Part shown: in pieces, positions 23,344-27,554 of the stretch
Numbering within the stretch: the stretch's first letter is position 1
Layout of the letters: the number at the start of each line of letters is the position of its first letter
Assembly: GCA_038870455.1 (NCBI GenBank)
Contig: JAWCPB010000014.1
Coordinates: 1 to 27,554, forward strand
Direction: 5' to 3'
Source: Candidatus Micrarchaeia archaeon
GTDB taxonomy: Archaea > Micrarchaeota > Micrarchaeia > Burarchaeales > JACRGF01
Length of the DNA stretch: 27,554 nucleotides
Translations under genes and position numbers: made by a program
The notes under the pieces: model-generated
What the model was told of the DNA's origin: nothing
The model's database searches: none
What the model saw: the letters and a program-made list of their open reading frames with translations, nothing else

Positions 23344-24237
23344 ATGAAAATATTCTACTCCCAGCGTTTTCTGCAGCATGACACGGGCTGGGGCCATCCC
23401 GAGTGCGCCATGCGGCTGGAAGTTATACTGCAGTATCTGCGCGACAGCGGCCTGTCCTTTGAGCTCGTCGAGCCCAAGCCTGCCACTGAGAAAGAGCTTT
23501 CGCTCGTGCACGACCCGCGGTACCTCGACCAGCTCGCCCACCCCTCGCTCATCCACACGTATTTCCCTGACAACCCCATTGACGACACAACTTACGGCAT
23601 TGCACGGCTCGCCGCGGGCGCTGCGCTGGGCGCGGCGCGCGCCTGCCTCACCGAAGGATTTGCTTTCGCGCTCGTGCGGCCGCCGGGCCACCACGCGAAA
23701 AAAGTTGAGTTCGGCGGCTTCTGCTACCTGAACAACATGGCGGTTGCCGTCGCAAACCTCCTCAAGGAAGGCAGGGCGCGGCGCGTGCTCATCATCGACT
23801 TCGACATTCACCACGGCAACGGCACGCAGGAGATTTTCTACAACGAGCCGCGCGTTTTCTACTTTTCTGTTCACCAGCGGTCTGACTCCATCTACCCGCG
23901 CACGGGCTTCGAGAGCGAGAACAACGAGCACATCTGTAACGTTGAGCTTCCCATCGGCGTGAGGGACAGCGAGTATTTGGAGTGCTTTGAGACGCGCTTA
24001 AGCAAGGTGGCGTTTGAGCCTGACGTGATCGGCGTGAGCGCGGGCTTCGACTCCTTCGGCAAGGACGACTGCTGCGGGCAGCTGACGAGAATAGCGGAAA
24101 GCAAAACATACAGGAGGGTGGGGGAGCTCATCCGGAAGAAGGCTGGCGGCACTCCAGTCTTTGCCACACTCGAGGGAGGCTATTACTTGGACACGCTTGG
24201 GGAAAACGTCTTTAACTTTCTCAGCGCTTTTGTTTGA
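23344..24237 (+). CDS. Histone deacetylase/AcuC-like Zn-dependent deacetylase
   Basis: HPE, RPPGHHA, GFCYLNN, DFDIHHGNGTQ, SAGFD and LEGGY. Confidence 0.95.
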   Translation: MKIFYSQRFLQHDTGWGHPECAMRLEVILQYLRDSGLSFELVEPKPATEKELSLVHDPRYLDQLAHPSLIHTYFPDNPIDDTTYGIARLAAGAALGAARACLTEGFAFALVRPPGHHAKKVEFGGFCYLNNMAVAVANLLKEGRARRVLIIDFDIHHGNGTQEIFYNEPRVFYFSVHQRSDSIYPRTGFESENNEHICNVELPIGVRDSEYLECFETRLSKVAFEPDVIGVSAGFDSFGKDDCCGQLTRIAESKTYRRVGELIRKKAGGTPVFATLEGGYYLDTLGENVFNFLSAFV

Positions 24238-24246
24238 GCTGAGCGC

Positions 24247-25464
24247 ATGGCAACGAAATTCATTCTCATCATAGGCGATGGCATGGCAGACCGCCCTCTC
24301 AGCCAGCTGGGGGGCCGCACGCCCCTTCAGTCAGCGCGCAAGCCCCACATCGACTCCATCGCGCGCAGGGGAAGGATTGGCCTCAACCAAACCGTCCCTC
24401 ACGGCATGGAGCCCGGCAGCGACGTCGCAACACTCGGCCTCCTTGGCTATGACGTTGCGGCCTGCTACACGGGCCGCGCGCCCATCGAGGCCGCGGCCAT
24501 GGGCGTTGCGATGGAGCCGCACGATGTTGCCGTTCGCACCAACCTCGTTTTTCTGAAAGACGGGCGCATGGCCGACTACAGCGCCGGCCACATACCAAGC
24601 GGGGATGGAAAAAGGCTCATCGCAGAGATAAACAAGCAGCTGGGCAAAAAGGGGGAGATCGAATTCTATCCGGGCGTGAGCTACCGCAACCTGCTTGTTC
24701 TCAGGAAGAGCTACAGCGACGAGGTTGTGCTCACCCCTCCCCACGACATTCCCGGAAAGGAAGTTGCGGCGCACCTTCCGCGAGCGCACTCGCCGGCAGG
24801 CCGGCGCACGGCCGAGCTGCTCAACAATCTCATCACAGCCTCCCAGCGCATCCTGCCCGCCCATCCGCTCAACGGGGAAAAGAGCGCGCGCGGCGAGCCT
24901 CACGCCAACAGCGTGTGGTTCTGGGGAATCGGCAGAAAGCCGGCGCTCGAGCCCTTCAAGGACAAGTGGGGGCTTCGGGCGGCTGTCATCAGCGCGGTCG
25001 ACCTCATCAAAGGCATAGGCGTGCTGACAGGCATGTCGGTCATCAGCGTGCCAGGCGCAACGGGCTACCTGGACACGAACTACGAGGGAAAGGCCAACGC
25101 CGCGCTGCTCGCGCTGGAGAGACACGACCTCGTTATCGTGCACATCGAGGCTACTGACGAGACGGGCCACGAGGGCGATGCGGGCAAGAAGGTCAGGGCG
25201 ATCGAGGAGCTCGACTCCCGCATCGTCAAGCCCCTCCTCGCCGGCCTTGAGAAGAAGGGCTTTGACTACGTGGTTGCGGTTTCGCCGGACCACGAGACTC
25301 CTGTCTCCCTGAAGACGCACGGCCCCTCCCCAGTCCCCTGGGCGGCCTGGCGTAAGGGGGAGGACAACGCCTCGCTTTCCTTCGATGAACAGAACGCGGC
25401 CAAGGGAGCGCACCTCAAGGGCGACGAGTTCATGCGGCTGTTTCTATCGCTTGGCAAGAATTAG
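24247..25464 (+). CDS. apgM: 2,3-bisphosphoglycerate-independent phosphoglycerate mutase (ApgM type)
   Basis: IGDGMAD, PGSDVA, YTGRAPIEA, HIEATDETGHEG and PDHETP. Confidence 0.95.
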   Translation: MATKFILIIGDGMADRPLSQLGGRTPLQSARKPHIDSIARRGRIGLNQTVPHGMEPGSDVATLGLLGYDVAACYTGRAPIEAAAMGVAMEPHDVAVRTNLVFLKDGRMADYSAGHIPSGDGKRLIAEINKQLGKKGEIEFYPGVSYRNLLVLRKSYSDEVVLTPPHDIPGKEVAAHLPRAHSPAGRRTAELLNNLITASQRILPAHPLNGEKSARGEPHANSVWFWGIGRKPALEPFKDKWGLRAAVISAVDLIKGIGVLTGMSVISVPGATGYLDTNYEGKANAALLALERHDLVIVHIEATDETGHEGDAGKKVRAIEELDSRIVKPLLAGLEKKGFDYVVAVSPDHETPVSLKTHGPSPVPWAAWRKGEDNASLSFDEQNAAKGAHLKGDEFMRLFLSLGKN

Positions 25465-26604
25465 CAGCGCGGCGGCTGCAACGGCAGCGCTCAAAGCGAA
25501 AGCCGCGCTCGCCCCCCACGCGCTCCACACCCAGCCCATCACCGCGCTCGCGGGAAGCGCTCCAATCCCAAGCAGGAAATGCAGCGCCCCCAGCGCGCTG
25601 CCCCTCCTGGCGGGCGCGACCATGAGCGACACGTGGCTTCTCACAACCGTCTCGTGCACCGCGCTGAAGCACCCGTAAAGCACAAACAGCGGCACGGCCT
25701 GCCACCACTCGCCAGCAAGCGCGAATCCAACCCCAACAGCTATGAAGGCCAGCCATCCCGCCGCCAGCACCCTTTTTCCGCCAATCCTGTCCGCCAGCGC
25801 GCCCGCAGGAGTTGCGAGCGACGCATACACAATGTTGTATAGAAGATAAAGTAGCGGAATGAACGCCGCGCCTACCCCCAGCTCGCCCGCCCTCAGCACG
25901 AGAAACGCGTACGAGTAGTTGGTGAGCGAGAACACGAAGACCGCGAGCATGAAGGCCCTGGCCTCTGTGCTCAGGAAAGAGAAGTCGAGCAGCCGCATCG
26001 CCCTCCCTCCCTTTGCTTTTTTCTCCTTCACAAAAAGCCACAGCAACAACAGGCTGGCCGCTCCCGGGATTGCAGTGAGCAGGAACATGTTCCGATAGCT
26101 CGCCTCGCTCGCCCCGAAATAATAGAGGAAGGCGAAGGCCAGCAGAGGGCCGGCAACAGCCCCCAGCGTGTCCATGGCCCTGTGAAAGCCGAAGGCCTTT
26201 CCCCTGAACCTCTCAGGCGTGCTGTCGGCCACCAGCGCGTCGCGGGGCGAGGTGCGCACGCCCTTTCCAATCCTGTCAAGCACGCGAATGGCTGCGACAT
26301 CGAGCGCGCCCGCCGCAAACGCAAAGAGCGGCTTGACGGCACTCGAAAGCGCATAGCCAGCCAGCGCGATGCCCTTCCTTTTCTTCATGCGGTCGCTCGC
26401 CCAGCCAGACGCCAGCTTGAGAAAGCTCGCCGCGCTCTCGGCAGCCCCCTCAATCACCCCGATGGTCGCATAATCAATGCGCAGCACGGCCGACATGAAA
26501 ACCGGAAGCACCGAGAAAATCGCCTCGCTGGCGGTGTCGTTGAGCAGGCTCACCAGCCCGAGGAAAAAAACGTTTGGCGGTATTCCCTTCAGCACGCGCT
26601 GCAT
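25444..26604 (-). CDS. MFS transporter
   Basis: SLLNDTASE, GWASDR..KRK, DRIGKGVRTSPRDAL, GKAFGFHRAMD; about 12 TM. Confidence 0.93.
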   Translation of the reverse strand: MQRVLKGIPPNVFFLGLVSLLNDTASEAIFSVLPVFMSAVLRIDYATIGVIEGAAESAASFLKLASGWASDRMKKRKGIALAGYALSSAVKPLFAFAAGALDVAAIRVLDRIGKGVRTSPRDALVADSTPERFRGKAFGFHRAMDTLGAVAGPLLAFAFLYYFGASEASYRNMFLLTAIPGAASLLLLWLFVKEKKAKGGRAMRLLDFSFLSTEARAFMLAVFVFSLTNYSYAFLVLRAGELGVGAAFIPLLYLLYNIVYASLATPAGALADRIGGKRVLAAGWLAFIAVGVGFALAGEWWQAVPLFVLYGCFSAVHETVVRSHVSLMVAPARRGSALGALHFLLGIGALPASAVMGWVWSAWGASAAFALSAAVAAAALLILAKR

Positions 26605-26625
26605 TCGCAGCAAGGAAATAAAACC

Positions 26626-26910
26626 TCACCGCAGGACAGGTCGAGGCTCTGCGGCGCGGTTGAGCGCGACCACAACGCCCCACACCACCACCGTGACCAC
26701 CGTGATGGCCACGCCCAGTAGCAGGTCGCTCGCAATGTCCGGGCCGATCAGGAACAGCTCGCCGTGCCACAGGTGATCCACCACCCCGAAAGTGGCCCCT
26801 CCGAGCAGGAGGAGCGAGAGCCAGCGGCCATGCTCGTCATTCTTGTGCACGGCTCTCCTCCCCAATTGCGTCAGCACCCATGCGGCCAGCGGTACGGTAT
26901 AACACACCAT
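26626..26910 (-). CDS. Small three-TM membrane protein, divergent from nikR
   Basis: LSLLLLGGATFGVVDHLWHGELF...DLLLGV; 94 aa with hydrophobic helices. Confidence 0.75.
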   Translation of the reverse strand: MVCYTVPLAAWVLTQLGRRAVHKNDEHGRWLSLLLLGGATFGVVDHLWHGELFLIGPDIASDLLLGVAITVVTVVVWGVVVALNRAAEPRPVLR

Positions 26911-26940
26911 TCAACCACCCACCACAATCATCCCAGCTCA

Positions 26941-26968
26941 GTAATAAAAACATGTTTTTCGTAATACC
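26941..26968. promoter_or_regulatory. Putative operator in the nikR divergent promoter
   Basis: Perfect palindrome AAAAACATGTTTTT (26946-26959) with GTAATA at 26941 and 26961. Confidence 0.4.
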
Positions 26969-26971
26969 ACC

Positions 26972-27364
26972 ATGGCCGTGGGCCGCATCGCCATCTCCCT
27001 GCCCGCCGAACAGCTCGCCAGGCTGGAGAAGTTTGTCAGGGAGAAGGCTTATGCAAGCCGTTCCAAGGCGGTTGCCGACATCCTGCGCGCGCACTTCATG
27101 AAAGAGGAGTGGAATGCTGGAAGGGCGGGGAGCGCGGCCATCGTGTTTCTCTTCAACCATCGCTCGCCCTCCATCCTGCATCCGCTCACCCACGTTCAAC
27201 ACAACTTTGCCGACGTCATCATCTCCACCACCCACGCCCACATAGAAAAGGAGCGCTGCATAGAAGTCATACTGGCGAAAGGAAAGCCCTCGCGCATCCG
27301 CGCGCTCGCGGACGCGCTCCAGCGCCTGCGCGGCATCGAGCTCGTCAGGCTCGCGGCATTGTAA
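26972..27364 (+). CDS. nikR: Nickel-responsive regulator NikR
   Basis: RHH N-terminus (RIAISLP...YASRSKAVADILR) and Ni-site ligands QH...STTHAHI...CIEVI. Confidence 0.88.
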   Translation: MAVGRIAISLPAEQLARLEKFVREKAYASRSKAVADILRAHFMKEEWNAGRAGSAAIVFLFNHRSPSILHPLTHVQHNFADVIISTTHAHIEKERCIEVILAKGKPSRIRALADALQRLRGIELVRLAAL

Positions 27365-27389
27365 TACCAATTTTCTTTTACGGTGTTAC
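27361..27389. promoter_or_regulatory. Putative NikR-type dyad operator downstream of nikR
   Basis: GTAATACC-N13-GGTGTTAC (7/8 symmetric) with an AT-rich spacer, followed by a TATA-like TTATTTAT. Confidence 0.45.
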
Positions 27390-27554
27390 CACAAGCGGGT
27401 AGATAAAATTATTTATGGCGGGTATGCTCTGAGGAGTTGGGCCATTGTTCTCTTTGGGATTCCAGCGATGAAAGCAGGCGTGCGCCGGTCAATGCTGCGG
27501 CATGGCCTTCTGAAGTTCTTCACGAAGAAGAACAGGGTGAAGAGAGCTCTCCGC

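Noticed and set aside
630-26776. Many long alternative-frame or antisense ORFs in the track (e.g. 10808-12118, 17113-18369, 24331-25413, 16296-17510)
   Set aside because: They are shadows of well-supported genes in high-GC sequence, with Arg/Ala/Pro-rich translations and no recognisable motifs.
27415-27554. Possible partial CDS at the right edge (e.g. MKAGVRRSMLRHGLLKFF from ATG 27468, or a minus-strand 3' end)
   Set aside because: Several frames are open over this short stretch and none has a recognisable motif; it cannot be called without the adjacent sequence.

Overview
A compact, GC-rich archaeal chromosomal segment. Its markers (rpl40e, CTP-dependent riboflavin kinase/RbkR, ApgM, DUF2666, TATA-box promoters, CCA-less tRNAs with BHB-type introns) are archaeal, and the gene style suggests DPANN/Micrarchaeota, though that taxonomy is inference. 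It holds about 35 CDS: AhpC plus SOD, GNAT, TrmI, PurA, a metallophosphoesterase, a SagB-type nitroreductase, four pilin-like genes, PAP2/dolichol kinase/RpiA, ECF-S, DedA, GT4, HDAC, ApgM, MFS and NikR. There are five tRNA genes (Thr-GGT, Thr-TGT, Leu-TAG, iMet, Met) and no transposase, integrase or CRISPR. Four things stand out. (1) One family of about 50-60 nt tRNA introns occurs three times: near-identical D-loop copies in two divergent tRNA-Thr genes, and a related copy in the anticodon loop of tRNA-Thr(GGT), always after GGTA, suggesting recent intron mobility. (2) A 1260-aa lipoprotein/membrane protein carries six helical repeats of about 85 aa, a zinc ribbon and a C-terminal Roadblock/MglB domain, followed by a HEAT protein and the pilin-like cluster. 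(3) An unannotated box C/D sRNA has a D' guide that fits 23S U2552. (4) An unexplained structured RNA of about 100 nt lies in front of tRNA-Leu. Two small ORFs missing from the ORF track were found by hand. Family names come from motif recognition, not database searches.
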